Positions 1 to 14,300 of a stretch of 32,000 nt of DNA are shown here, piece after piece (positions within the stretch are counted from its first letter, which is position 1; the number at the start of each line of letters is the position of its first letter). The notes beneath the pieces are model-generated. The model was not told the origin of the DNA and made no database searches. It worked only from the letters and a program-made list of their open reading frames with translations. Source of the DNA: Mycoplasma mycoides subsp. capri (GTDB lineage: Bacteria > Bacillota_I > Bacilli_A > Mycoplasmatales > Mycoplasmataceae). The position numbers and the translations under genes were made by a program. The stretch lies in contig NZ_CP065581.1 in assembly GCF_018389705.1 (NCBI RefSeq), forward strand, positions 420,001-452,000, in the 5' to 3' direction.

Positions 1-1
1 A

Positions 2-511
2 ATTATTAAAAATAAATGTAAAAACTGTAAAGGTAAGGGTAAATATTTAGAAAGACAAAAAATTGAAGTTAATATTCCAAAAGGAATTAGACCAAATCAA
101 CAAATTAAACTTTCTCAAAAAGGTCATGCTTCAATAAATAATGGAGTTAATGGTGATTTAATTATTGATATTTATTTAAAAGAATCTAAAGTATTTGAAA
201 TTGTTAATAATAATGATATTTTAATGACTTATAATATTAGTTATTTAGATTCGATTTTAGGAAATGAGATTATAATTAAAACTTTAGATGGTGATATTAA
301 ATATAAATTACCAAAATCAATTAATTCTAATGAATTTATTATTATTAATAATAAAGGATTATATAAATCTATAAATAAAGATAAAAGAGGAGATTTAATA
401 ATCAAAGTAAATATAGTAGTTCCTAAAAACTTAAACAAAAAAGAAAAAGAATTAATAGAACAAATTTATGAACAAACTTCATTTAATCCAGAAAATAATA
501 TAGATCAATAA
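2..511 (+). CDS. dnaJ: Chaperone DnaJ, C-terminal portion (5' end lies outside the window)
   Basis: The frame starting at nt 2 reads IIKNKCKNCKGKGKYLERQKIEVNIPKGIRPNQ..., a CxxCxGxG zinc-finger repeat. It continues into a DnaJ C-terminal domain (GDLIIKVNIVVPKNLNKKEKELIEQI). Stop TAA at 509-511. Confidence 0.85.
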   Translation: MIKNKCKNCKGKGKYLERQKIEVNIPKGIRPNQQIKLSQKGHASINNGVNGDLIIDIYLKESKVFEIVNNNDILMTYNISYLDSILGNEIIIKTLDGDIKYKLPKSINSNEFIIINNKGLYKSINKDKRGDLIIKVNIVVPKNLNKKEKELIEQIYEQTSFNPENNIDQ

Positions 512-535
512 GCAGATTATATTTCTGCTTTTTTA
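511..535 (+). terminator. Candidate rho-independent terminator after dnaJ
   Basis: A short stem, agcaga (511-516) pairing with tctgct (524-529), is followed by a T-run (529-535). The stem is only 6 bp. Confidence 0.45.
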
Positions 536-556
536 ATTAATGCTTTTGTTTATTAA

Positions 557-584
557 TTGTAAAATTAGAAAAAATTGATAAAAT
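557..584 (+). promoter_or_regulatory. Candidate sigma-70-type promoter for rpsB-tsf
   Basis: TTGTAA (557-562), a 16-nt spacer, then an extended -10 TGaTAAAAT (576-584). AT-rich DNA makes matches like this common. Confidence 0.3.
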
Positions 585-717
585 ATAAAAGTTGGTTAAT
601 TTTAAAAAAAATTATTCAATCAAAAATAAGGATTCATTTTCCTAGTGCTCAAATTAAATAAAAAGAGTGGAAAATGTTCGAATTATTTTGAAGTTTAACA
701 AATAAAGAAAGGCTATT

Positions 718-1596
718 ATGTCAAGAGAAATAACAAGAGAAGAATTATCTGCAGCTGGAGTTCAATATGGACACCAAACTAAAAGATGAAATCCTAAAAT
801 GAAATCTTATATTTATGGAGTAAAAAATAAAAATCACATTATTGATTTAGAAAAAACTATTACTCATTTAAATACAGCTCAAAAATTATTAGAAACTTTA
901 GGAAGCAAACAACAAAAAATTTTATTTGTAGGAACTAAACGTTCTGGAAAAAATGCTGTTAAAGAAGCAGCTTTAAGAAGTGGAAATTTCTATATTAATA
1001 ATAGATGATTAGGTGGAACTTTAACTAATTTAAAAACTATTTTAATTAGAATTAAAGCTTTATGAGAAATTGAAGAAGAAGAAAAAAAAGGTCGTTTATC
1101 TTTAAGAACTAAAAAAGAACAAATTAAAATTTTAAAAGAAAAAGCTAAATTAGAAAAAGCACTTGGTGGAATTAAACAAATGCATAAATTACCAGCAGCT
1201 ATTGTTGTTGTTGATCCAAAAGGTGATGAAATTGCTGTTAAAGAAGCAAAAAAATTAAACATTCCTGTAATTGCTATTTGTGATACTAATGCTGATCCTG
1301 ATATGATTGATTATGTAATTCCTGGAAATGATGATTTACAAGAATCAGTAAACTTGATTATTAACATTTTAGTTGAAGCATATGCTGAAGGTGCTCAAAT
1401 TAAAATGAATCCTTCAGTTTTAAAAACTGTTGCTCCAAAAAGAGAACCAAGACAAAATAGAGTTATGACACCAGTTGTTGAAAATCAATCTGCTGAACAA
1501 CAAGCTAGTGAAAATGTTTCAAACACACAAGTTTCAAACGAACCTGTAACTCCAGTAGTTGAAGTTGAAAAATCAAGTGAACCAAAAGCTGAATAA
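718..1596 (+). CDS. rpsB: 30S ribosomal protein S2 (292 aa) with a C-terminal low-complexity extension
   Basis: ATG at 718. Starts [28 protein letters not shown]. Track fragments 799-1008 and 1180-1596 share a frame and are joined through TGA codons, including the conserved NNRW-LGGTLTN. Stop TAA at 1594-1596. Confidence 0.95.
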
Positions 1597-1607
1597 GGAG
1601 AAAAAAT

Positions 1608-2495
1608 ATGGCAGTAGATGCAAAATTAATTAAAGAATTACGTGAAATCACTCAAGCAGGAATGATGGATTGTAAAAAAGCTTTGGAAGCAAGTGATAAT
1701 AATATTGATAATGCTATTGTTTGATTAAGAGAAAATGGTTTAGCAAAAGCTGCTAAAAAAACTGATAGAGTTGCAGCTGAAGGAATTGTTTTAGCAAAAG
1801 AAAATGATCAAAAAATTGTAATTTTAGAAGTTAATTCAGAAACTGATTTTGTTGCAAAAAATGACAAATTTTTAAGTTTAGTTGATGAAATTGCTAATGC
1901 TTTATTAAATTCAAATGCTTCAAGTTTAGAAGAAGGTTTACAAGTAAAAACTAATTCTGGATTAACTATTGAACAAAGCTTAATTTCAGCAACTGCTACA
2001 ATTGGTGAAAAAATTGCTTTAAGAAGATTTGAATTAGTTAATAAAACAGAGGGAAGTTCAGTAATTTATAATCATGCTAATAAAAGAGTTTCAACTTTAT
2101 TAGTATTTGATAACAAACTTGATTCAACTGATGCTTATAATGTTGCAATGCATGTTGCTGCAATGGCTCCAAAATACATTAATATGGATCAAATTCCTGA
2201 AGATTTTAAAAATTCTGAAATGCATATTATTAAAGAACAAGCTAAAGATGATGCTAAATTACAAGCAAAACCTGCTAATGTTTTAGAAAATATTTTAAAA
2301 GGAAAATTATCAAAACGTTTAGCTGAAGTTAGTTTATTAGATCAATTATTTGTAATTGATGAAAGTTTTAAAGTTGGAGATTTTCTAAAATCAAAACATG
2401 TTTCATTAGTTAAAATGATTAGATATGAAGTTGGAGAAGGAATTGAAAAAGTAGTAACTAATTTTGCTGATGAAGTTGCTGCTCAATTAAAATAA
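1608..2495 (+). CDS. tsf: Elongation factor Ts (295 aa)
   Basis: ATG at 1608 preceded by AAGGAG. Starts [39 protein letters not shown](TGA)[12 protein letters not shown], a UBA-like EF-Ts N-terminus. Same frame as track ORF 2148-2495. Confidence 0.95.
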
Positions 2496-3100
2496 TGATT
2501 AGTTTTAATACAGAATATTTTGGAGTTATTTCAGGTTTATTAATTGCTTTTATTTTAGTAATTAATTTAATGTTTAACTTCTACTTATTTAGATTTACTA
2601 AAAAACAAGCTTTAATAACAAAATATAATAAGTTTTATTTTATTGTATTTTATATAATTTCTTTTATAAGTTTAGTTTTAGCAATTATTAGTTTAGTGTT
2701 ATTTAATTTAAAAGATAAAATTTTTAGTCAAACAAGTTCTGAAAGTCAAAAATTATACCCAACTATTGTATTAAATGCTATTAGTTTTGTATTTTTAATT
2801 AGTAAAATCATTTTATTATTTATTTTTCTACCAAGATTTGCTATTAAGATTACTGAAAATGAAATTTTATATTTAGGTGAAAAAATTGAGTTTCAAACTA
2901 TTACTAAAATAATAGAAGACACAAATACACAAGCTTTATATATAAACTATAAACCAACTAAAAGAACATATAAAAGAATTAGATATCCAAAAGCTTGCCC
3001 ATTTAATCAAGTAATTAAAAACAGCACTACAAATACTAGTTTAGAAATTTCTAATCAAGATGCTAATGAGTATTTTAAAAAGATAAAAGAATTATCATAG
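2495..3100 (+). CDS. Hypothetical membrane protein (201 aa): three predicted TM helices plus a C-terminal soluble domain
   Basis: The ATG overlaps the tsf stop (TAATG). Hydrophobic segments are GVISGLLIAFILVINLMFNFYLF, FYFIVFYIISFISLVLAIISLVLF and TIVLNAISFVFLISKIILLFIFL. I recognise no family motif with confidence. Confidence 0.7.
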   Translation: MISFNTEYFGVISGLLIAFILVINLMFNFYLFRFTKKQALITKYNKFYFIVFYIISFISLVLAIISLVLFNLKDKIFSQTSSESQKLYPTIVLNAISFVFLISKIILLFIFLPRFAIKITENEILYLGEKIEFQTITKIIEDTNTQALYINYKPTKRTYKRIRYPKACPFNQVIKNSTTNTSLEISNQDANEYFKKIKELS

Positions 3101-3103
3101 AAT

Positions 3104-3134
3104 AAAAAGTATGATTATAAATCATACTTTTTTT
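3104..3134 (+). terminator. Rho-independent terminator
   Basis: Perfect 8-bp stem, agtatgat (3108-3115) with atcatact (3121-3128), a 5-nt loop, an A-tract upstream and a T-run at 3128-3134. Confidence 0.75.
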
Positions 3135-3233
3135 ATAAACAACTTATTAATATTTTTTAAATCTTATACTAAAGAGTATTTAGGTTTTTTGTATAATTAT
3201 AAAGAGTTATTTTGAAGTATTTTGAGGTGAAAA

Positions 3234-3947
3234 ATGAATTATAAATATAAAACGGTGCTATTAAAATTAAGTGGTGAAGCTTTAAAAGGTGATGCTGAAG
3301 TTTATGATAAAAAGTGCTTAGATAATATTGCAAGTCAAATAGTTCATCTTGCTAAAAATGGTTTAAAACTAGCAATTGTAATTGGTGGAGGAAATATTTG
3401 AAGAGGCAAATTAGGTGAAAACATTGGAATGGATGCTATTAATGCTGATTATATGGGTATGTTAGCAACTGTTATGAATGGATTAGCACTTGAAAGCACT
3501 ATTACTAAAATGGGTTATGACAAAATTAAAGTTTATTCTTCACTACCAATTAAAACAGTAACTGATGATTATAATTTTAAAAAAGCAAGAATTAAAATGA
3601 ATGAAGGTTTTATTTCTATTTTTGTAGGAGGAACTGGTTATTCATATTTTACAACTGATACTAATGCAACAATTAGAGCAATTGAAATTGGAGCTGATGT
3701 AATTTTAATGGCAAAAAATGGTGTTAAAGGAGTTTATGATAAAGATCCAAAACAACATAGTGATGCCAAATTTATTAAACGTCTTACTCATCAAGAAGTT
3801 GTTGATAAGCAATTAAGAATTATGGATCTAACAGCAGCTACTTTAGCAAAAGATGCAAATTTAAAAATTGAAGTTTTTGATATGAGCGGAGATAATAATA
3901 TTATAAAAGTATTAGAAAATAAGTTAGAATCAACAATTATAGAATAG
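3234..3947 (+). CDS. pyrH: UMP kinase (237 aa)
   Basis: ATG at 3234 preceded by GAGGTGA. Starts [19 protein letters not shown]...[10 protein letters not shown](TGA)RG. Same frame as track ORF 3429-3947. Confidence 0.95.
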
Positions 3948-3957
3948 GAACAAATTT

Positions 3958-4506
3958 ATGACTGATTTAATTTTAAAAAATGCTGAATTACAAATGAAAG
4001 AAACTATTGATGCATATGTAATACATTTAAGACAAATTAGAACTGGAAAAGCAAGTGGAGCTATTTTAGATAAAGTAATGGTAAATTATTATGGAAGTTT
4101 AATGCCATTAAATCAAATTTCTCAAATTACAACTCCTGAACCAAATTTAATTATTATTAAACCATATGATAGAAATGTAATTACTGAAGCAGTTGGAGCT
4201 ATTCATAAAGCTGATTTAGGATTAAACCCAGTAAGTGATGCTACTTTAATTAGAATTCCAATAGCTCCACTAACTGAAGATGTAAGAAAGAACTTAGTTA
4301 AAAAAGTTCATAAAGAATTAGAAGGTTATAAGATTAGAATCAGAAATATCAGAAGAGATGCTATTGATGAAATTAAAAAAATCGAAAATATTTCAAAAGA
4401 CTTAATTAGTGATAATGAAGATCAAATCCAACAAATAACTGATAAATTTATTAAACAATTAGATGATCTAACAAAAGAAAAAGAAAAAGAGTTAATGACA
4501 ATTTAA
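3958..4506 (+). CDS. frr: Ribosome recycling factor (182 aa)
   Basis: Uninterrupted ORF with RRF-like sequence ([23 protein letters not shown]...[13 protein letters not shown]). It sits in the conserved pyrH-frr position. Confidence 0.95.
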
Positions 4507-4507
4507 T

Positions 4508-6172
4508 ATGAGTACAACTATTATTGAAATGTTTTATAATGATTTAAAAAACATTTGTCAAAAACTAAATATAACAAAAGAACCAATTATTGAAATTAAT
4601 AAAAATAACACACCAGGTTTATTATCAAGTTCGATTTGTTTAATTAGTAGTAAACAAGTAAATAAAAAACCACTAGAACTAGCAGAAATTTTTAAACAAG
4701 AATTATTATTAACAAATAGTTATTTAAATATTGATATAGCAGCTCCAGGATTTTTAAATGTTTTAGTTAAACCTGAGATTTTATCAAATGTTATTAGTAA
4801 TGTTTTAAGTTTAAAATCTAAATATGGAAATTTAGAAAAACAAAATAAGACTATTAATATTGAATATGTTTCAGCTAACCCTACTGGTTATTTACATGTT
4901 GGTCATGCTAGAAATGCTGTTATTGGTTCTGTTTTAGTTAACTTATTTAAAAAAGCTGGATATAATGTACAAACTGAATATTATGTAAATGATGCAGGAA
5001 ATCAGATTAATGTTTTAGCTGTAACTGTGTTTGTTCATTATTTACAAGCTTTAAATATTGATGCTAAAAAACCAGAAAATTGTTATGCTGGTGATATGTA
5101 TGATGATTTAGCAAAAATAATTATTAATAAATATAATGATCAATTTAAAGATATCAAATATACTGATAATAAAATTTTAGATGATAATGTACATTCATTA
5201 TTTAAACAAATTTCAATTGATTATTTTTTAAAAATTATTAAACAACAATTAGCTGATTTTAATGTAAAAATTAAACATTGATCTAGTGAACAAGAAGTTT
5301 ATGATACTCATCAAATAGAAAAAGTTTTAAAATTGTATGAATCTAAAGATGCTTTATATTATAAAGATGATGCTTTGTTTTTAAAAACTACACAATTTGG
5401 TGATGATAAAGATAGAGTTTTAGTTAAATCAGATAAAACTTATACTTATATACTTCCAGATCTTGCTACTCATAACTTAAGAATTAAAAGAACTAAAGCA
5501 GATAAGTTAATTAATGTTTGAGGTGGAGATCACCATGGTTATATTAAAAGAATGCAAGCTGGTTTAGCATTACTAGGAAATGATCCAGATATTTTAGAAA
5601 TTCAAATGGTTCAAATGGTAAGACTAATTAAGGATGGTAGTGAATATAAAATGTCTAAAAGAAAAGGAACTGCTGTTTGATTAGTTGATATTTTAGAATT
5701 AGTTGGTGTTGATGCATTAAGATATATGCTAGCAAGTAAATCTTCTAATTCACATATGGATTTAGATTTAGATTTGATTACTTTAAAAAATTCATCAAAT
5801 CCTGTTTATTATGCTCAGTATGCTACAGCTAGATGTCATTCAATTTTAAATCAAGCTAAAACTAAAAAAATAACACCATTAATAAAACAAACTAACTTAT
5901 TAAATAATCCTAAAGAAATTGAAATGTTATTAATTTTAGATAACTTTAAAGAAGTTATTAAAAATAGTGCAAATAATCGTTCAACTCAACAAATTTGTGA
6001 CTATATTCAAAACATTTGTAAAATTTTTCATTCTTATTATGCAGAAATTAAAATTATTGATGAAAATGATTTACAATTAACTAAGTTGAGATTAGGTTTT
6101 ATAAAAGCTATTTTACAAGTGTTAAAAAATGCCTTTTTTATCATTGGAATTCAACCAGTTGTAGAAATGTAA
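4508..6172 (+). CDS. argS: Arginine--tRNA ligase (554 aa)
   Basis: ATG one nt after the frr stop. Track fragments 4508-5281, 5333-5521 and 5726-6172 share a frame and are joined via TGA. Class I signatures are [15 protein letters not shown] (HIGH type) and KMSKRKG (KMSKS type), and the C-terminal anticodon-binding region contains [13 protein letters not shown]. Confidence 0.93.
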
Positions 6173-6200
6173 AAATTTTTAAAAAAAATAGCAAAAAATA

Positions 6201-6229
6201 TTGCATATCTATTCTTGATTTTATATACT
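6201..6229 (+). promoter_or_regulatory. Candidate rRNA operon promoter
   Basis: TTGCAT (6201-6206), a 17-nt spacer, then TATACT (6224-6229). An A-rich UP-like tract (6173-6200) lies upstream. The site is about 155 nt upstream of the mature 16S 5' end. Confidence 0.55.
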
Positions 6230-6263
6230 TATCATTGTGTGTTAAGAAGCTTATTCTTAACGA

Positions 6264-6289
6264 GACGATCTTTGAAAACTAAATAGAAT
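6264..6289 (+). promoter_or_regulatory. rRNA leader boxA-like element and 5' half of the 16S processing stem
   Basis: gacgatctttgaaaactaaatagaat is complementary to 7937-7962 over 26 positions, 25 Watson-Crick plus one G-U. It contains a TCTTTGAAAACT boxA-like core. Confidence 0.7.
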
Positions 6290-6383
6290 AATTATTGTAC
6301 AAATCTTGTCAAAAGATTTATTTGAGTAATAAAAAACTTATAACAATAAAAATAGTCAGAATCACTTTTATTTAACAATTTTT

Positions 6384-7907
<1,524 letters not shown>

Positions 7908-7925
7908 ATGGAGATATTTATATTA

Positions 7926-7962
7926 CTGACTATTTAATTCTATTTAGTTTTCAGAGATCGTC
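7926..7962 (+). promoter_or_regulatory. 3' halves of the nested 16S processing stems, in the intergenic spacer
   Basis: ctgactattt (7926-7935) is the reverse complement of aaatagtcag (6350-6359). attctatttagttttcagagatcgtc (7937-7962) pairs with 6264-6289. Confidence 0.7.
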
Positions 7963-7979
7963 ACACATCTTTGAATATA

Positions 7980-8017
7980 GATTGTTCTTTGAAAACTGAA
8001 TATTAGATGAAATGCAA
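7980..8017 (+). promoter_or_regulatory. Spacer boxA-like element and 5' half of the 23S processing stem
   Basis: gattgttctttgaaaactga (7980-7999) is the exact reverse complement of 11078-11097. Imperfect pairing extends to about 8017 against about 11058. The TGTTCTTTGAAAACT core resembles the Firmicute rrn boxA. Confidence 0.7.
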
Positions 8018-8132
8018 TTTTCTGATTATAACAATATTTATAATTAGATAAATTATTACGAAATTATATTCGTAATGACATCAAAAACAATTAACTAAAA
8101 TTAATTGAGTTACAAATTGCTAGTAAGATTTT

Positions 8133-11042
<2,910 letters not shown>

Positions 11043-11057
11043 AAAATGCAATTTTAA

Positions 11058-11097
11058 CTTACATTTCAAGCTAATAATCAGTTTTCAAAGAACAATC
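11058..11097 (+). promoter_or_regulatory. 3' half of the 23S processing stem
   Basis: tcagttttcaaagaacaatc (11078-11097) is the exact reverse complement of 7980-7999. The upstream part, cttacatttcaagctaataa, pairs imperfectly with 8000-8017. Confidence 0.7.
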
Positions 11098-11107
11098 AAA
11101 AAAATAA

Positions 11108-11216
11108 TCTGGTGGTTATAGCATAGAGGTCACACCTGTTCCCATGCCGAACACAGAAGTTAAGCTCTATTACGGTGAAAATATTACTTATGTGAGAAGA
11201 TAGCAAGCTGCCAGTT
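11108..11216 (+). rRNA. rrf: 5S ribosomal RNA (about 109 nt)
   Basis: tctggtggttatagcatagaggtcacacctgttcccatgccgaacacagaagttaagctc...gctgccagt. It has the conserved CCGAACACAGAAGTTAAGC block, and the 5' and 3' ends pair to form helix I. Confidence 0.95.
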
Positions 11217-11220
11217 TCTA

Positions 11221-11247
11221 AAGAACCTTAAGTGGTTCTTTTTTTAT
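11221..11247 (+). terminator. Rho-independent terminator of the rRNA operon
   Basis: aagaacc (11221-11227) pairs with ggttctt (11234-11240) around a 6-nt loop, followed by a T-run. Confidence 0.8.
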
Positions 11248-11332
11248 TTTTAAAATTATTTCTTTTATTAATAATTTATATAAAATAGTATGTTAATTTA
11301 TAATAATAATAGACTAAAGAAAGGAGAATAAT

Positions 11333-14300
11333 ATGCGACATATTATAAAAAGCTATTTAAAAACCTTTTTTAAAAAAAATTATGTCTCAACATTTGGGAT
11401 TCTTCTTTTTATTATTACTTTAGCAACTGTTATTATAGGAATGCTTGCTACACCATTACAATTAAATAATAGAATTAATTATTTAGCAAAACATAATACT
11501 AGTTATAATTCAATACTAGATACAAGATCTATGAATTATGATCCTAAATTTACTTATAATTATTTTTATTTAAATAAAGAAATTAATAACAAAGATACTA
11601 ATTACACTAAATTATCTGAACTTTATATAAAAGCAATTAATAGTGAATTAGAACAAAATTTTACTAATACTAGTACTGATAAAAAAGAAAATAATCTTTA
11701 TATTTATGATTCTAATAACTTAGAAGATAAAGTAAAAATTGATTTTATAGGTAATTTAATTAATAGTGATTTATTTAGATATAGAAATGGTGCTTTAATT
11801 AAAACAGAATCTTATATTTTTAATAAAGATTATAATAATGATCAAAATAATTTAAACAGTTTTTCAAATATTTCTAATCAAGTTTTAAATAGAATTATTT
11901 CTGATTTTCATCAAAGTATGAGTGATGGAATTAGTTTAGATAATAACGCTAAATATGATTATGTAGTTTCAGAATTTTATAAAGCTTATTCTCGTTTTAA
12001 TAGTTTTTTAACTATTAATGAAATTAATTTAATAGATAAACCTATTCTAACTTTGAAATTTACTGAAATTTTAAATAAACTTAATGACAATAAAATAGAT
12101 GAAATAACTAAGTTTTTAGTAAAACAATTACAAGACTTAAAAAACAAAATAAAAGATCATCAAAAAGAAAGGATTTATTTACCTTCCTTTTTAGTGTTTT
12201 CAGATAAATTTTCAAAAGTATTATCTGATGAAAAATTTTTATATGATGACAGAATTTATATAGTTGATCAATTACTAGATAATGTAGAAAATTTTGTTTT
12301 ACAAACTAAAAAAACTTTTAAAATTCAACAAAGTTCAGTAGGTCAATTACTTCCGTTTTTAACCTTACAACTAACTTCAGATAATCAAATTTTTAAAAAT
12401 ACAAATAAAGATTTTAATCAAATTCAATTTGATAAAAATCATAAAAACTCAGAATTTGCAAAAAAATGAGACGTTAATATTAATTATCAACAAAAAGTTA
12501 ATCCAACACAAATAGTAATTTCATCATCATATGCAAAAGCAAGAAATTTAAAAATTAATGATGAATTTATTATTCCTAGTTCTAATATTTCAGATATTTA
12601 TTTAAGCTTAATTAATAAAAAAGATGCTTATTATTTAGGTTCTATTAATAGTAAAATAGTTGGAATTGGTTCAACTTTTGATGATATTGTTTCAAAAAAC
12701 TCAGCTACTGATTATTTTCAAGATAAAACTAGTTATGTAGTTGGTTATACTAGTAAAGAATTTATTAATTCAATAAGAAATTCTAGATGAAATTTTTCAA
12801 ATAAATTTGATACTTCTTATCAAGTAAACTTTAGAGTAAAAAATTTAAATAATAGCACTAGTAAAGATTTAAACAAACATTTTATTATTAAATTTGATAA
12901 CTGATCAGATGAAAGTTATTCTGTTTTTGATAAAAGTAGCTCACTAATTACTGAATGATATTCACTAAGAACTTCTCAAGCAATTAGTTCAATTAAAGTT
13001 CAAGTAATTATTTATATTGTTATTGGTATTTTTGTTTTATTATTATCATTTGTTTTCATTAATTTTGCACTAAAAAAAGAAATGAATGAAACAAGAAGAC
13101 AAATTGGAATTTTTAAATCGTTTGGTTATAAAGTAGTAGAACTTTCTTGAATATTTGCACTAAAAACTTGATTGACAATGTTTTTTGGATTAATTATTGG
13201 TTATATTTTATCAATACCAATTCAAATATATTCATCTTCAAATTTTGTAAATTCAGTCACTTTTACTTTTAATAGTATTTATATTTCACCTTTATTAATA
13301 ATCTTTTTAATTTTAATTATTCCTTTTATATTTTTAATGGGATCTTATTGAGCTTCAATTATTTATATAAAAGAACCTGTTTTATCTTTAATGAATAATT
13401 TAAAAAAATCAAAAAGAACTAAAAGTGGAGCTATTACTAATTTATTATCAAAACATAATATTGGATTTAATTACAGAATGCGTTTATCTTTTATTAAAAA
13501 TGCTAAAGGTAAATTTGCTGTAGTTCAAATTTTATTTGGGTTTGCTTCTTTAACTTATACTTTATTATTTGTAGCTCAAGCTATTTTATTTCAATCAATT
13601 AATCAAAGCTTAGCAACAATCAAACAAGATGTAATTACAAAATCTATGTGAAATGTTAATAAAAAAATTGATAATACTAGTACAAATGATAAGTTAAGTT
13701 ACACTAATAAAAATGATCCTAAGACTAGACAAACTCTAAGTTATCATGATTTAAATAAAAAAAATATTAACACTTATTTAAATAATGATTCAAAACAAAC
13801 AGATATTAGATATAGAGTTGAATTATTTTTAAAACTTTTAAATAACACTTTTAACTCACTTTCAAATGAAAAAAAAGTTTCAATGATTTTACCACTAGAT
13901 TATGCTAAAAAAACTTTAACTCCTTTTTTACAACCAGGTAAAACTGATAAAAATGACTATGAAGTTTTAATTAAAGATAATCAATATTATTTAAGTTATA
14001 TTAGTAGATTTAATTTATATAATCAAAATCAAAAATGACAAAGTGCTTTAAATGATTTTAAAAATAATAAAGAAATTAAATTAACATTAAATGATCTTTC
14101 TAAAAAACATGATTCATCTGATCTATTTTATGATTTAAATCATCCTAAAAAAGACGAATTACAAAATACTATTATAGGTTTACAATCAACTAGAAATAAT
14201 TCAAATAACACATTATTTTTAAGTTCTTTTGCTAAAATATTTTCTTATAAATTAGTTCAAGCTTATAGTTTATTTCAAGTAGTTAGTCATTATAAACAAT

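Noticed and set aside
241-438. Antisense ORFs opposite dnaJ (241-438), rpsB (990-1262) and the ftsZ/sepF junction (24346-24537)
   Set aside because: Each is fully antisense to a confidently identified gene and has a low-complexity Ser/Leu/Ile/Phe composition typical of AT-rich antisense frames. None has an SD.
674-733. A 19-codon upstream ORF ([19 protein letters not shown], code 4) overlapping the rpsB start
   Set aside because: No convincing Shine-Dalgarno sequence. Its ATG sits inside the 3' arm of the leader hairpin. An ORF this short is expected by chance. It is noted only as a possible element of leader regulation.
7908-8132. Possible tRNA genes (Ile/Ala) in the 16S-23S spacer
   Set aside because: The spacer has no GGTTCGAATCC-type T-arm and no acceptor-stem complementarity. 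It is AT-rich and occupied by the processing-stem and boxA elements.
11366-11379. A T6-A8 homopolymer pair near the 5' end of the giant permease gene, as a possible phase-variation switch
   Set aside because: Runs of 6-8 A or T are frequent throughout this very AT-rich window, for example at 6181-6188 and 21594-21601. Nothing here indicates length polymorphism, and multiple isolates or reads would be needed.
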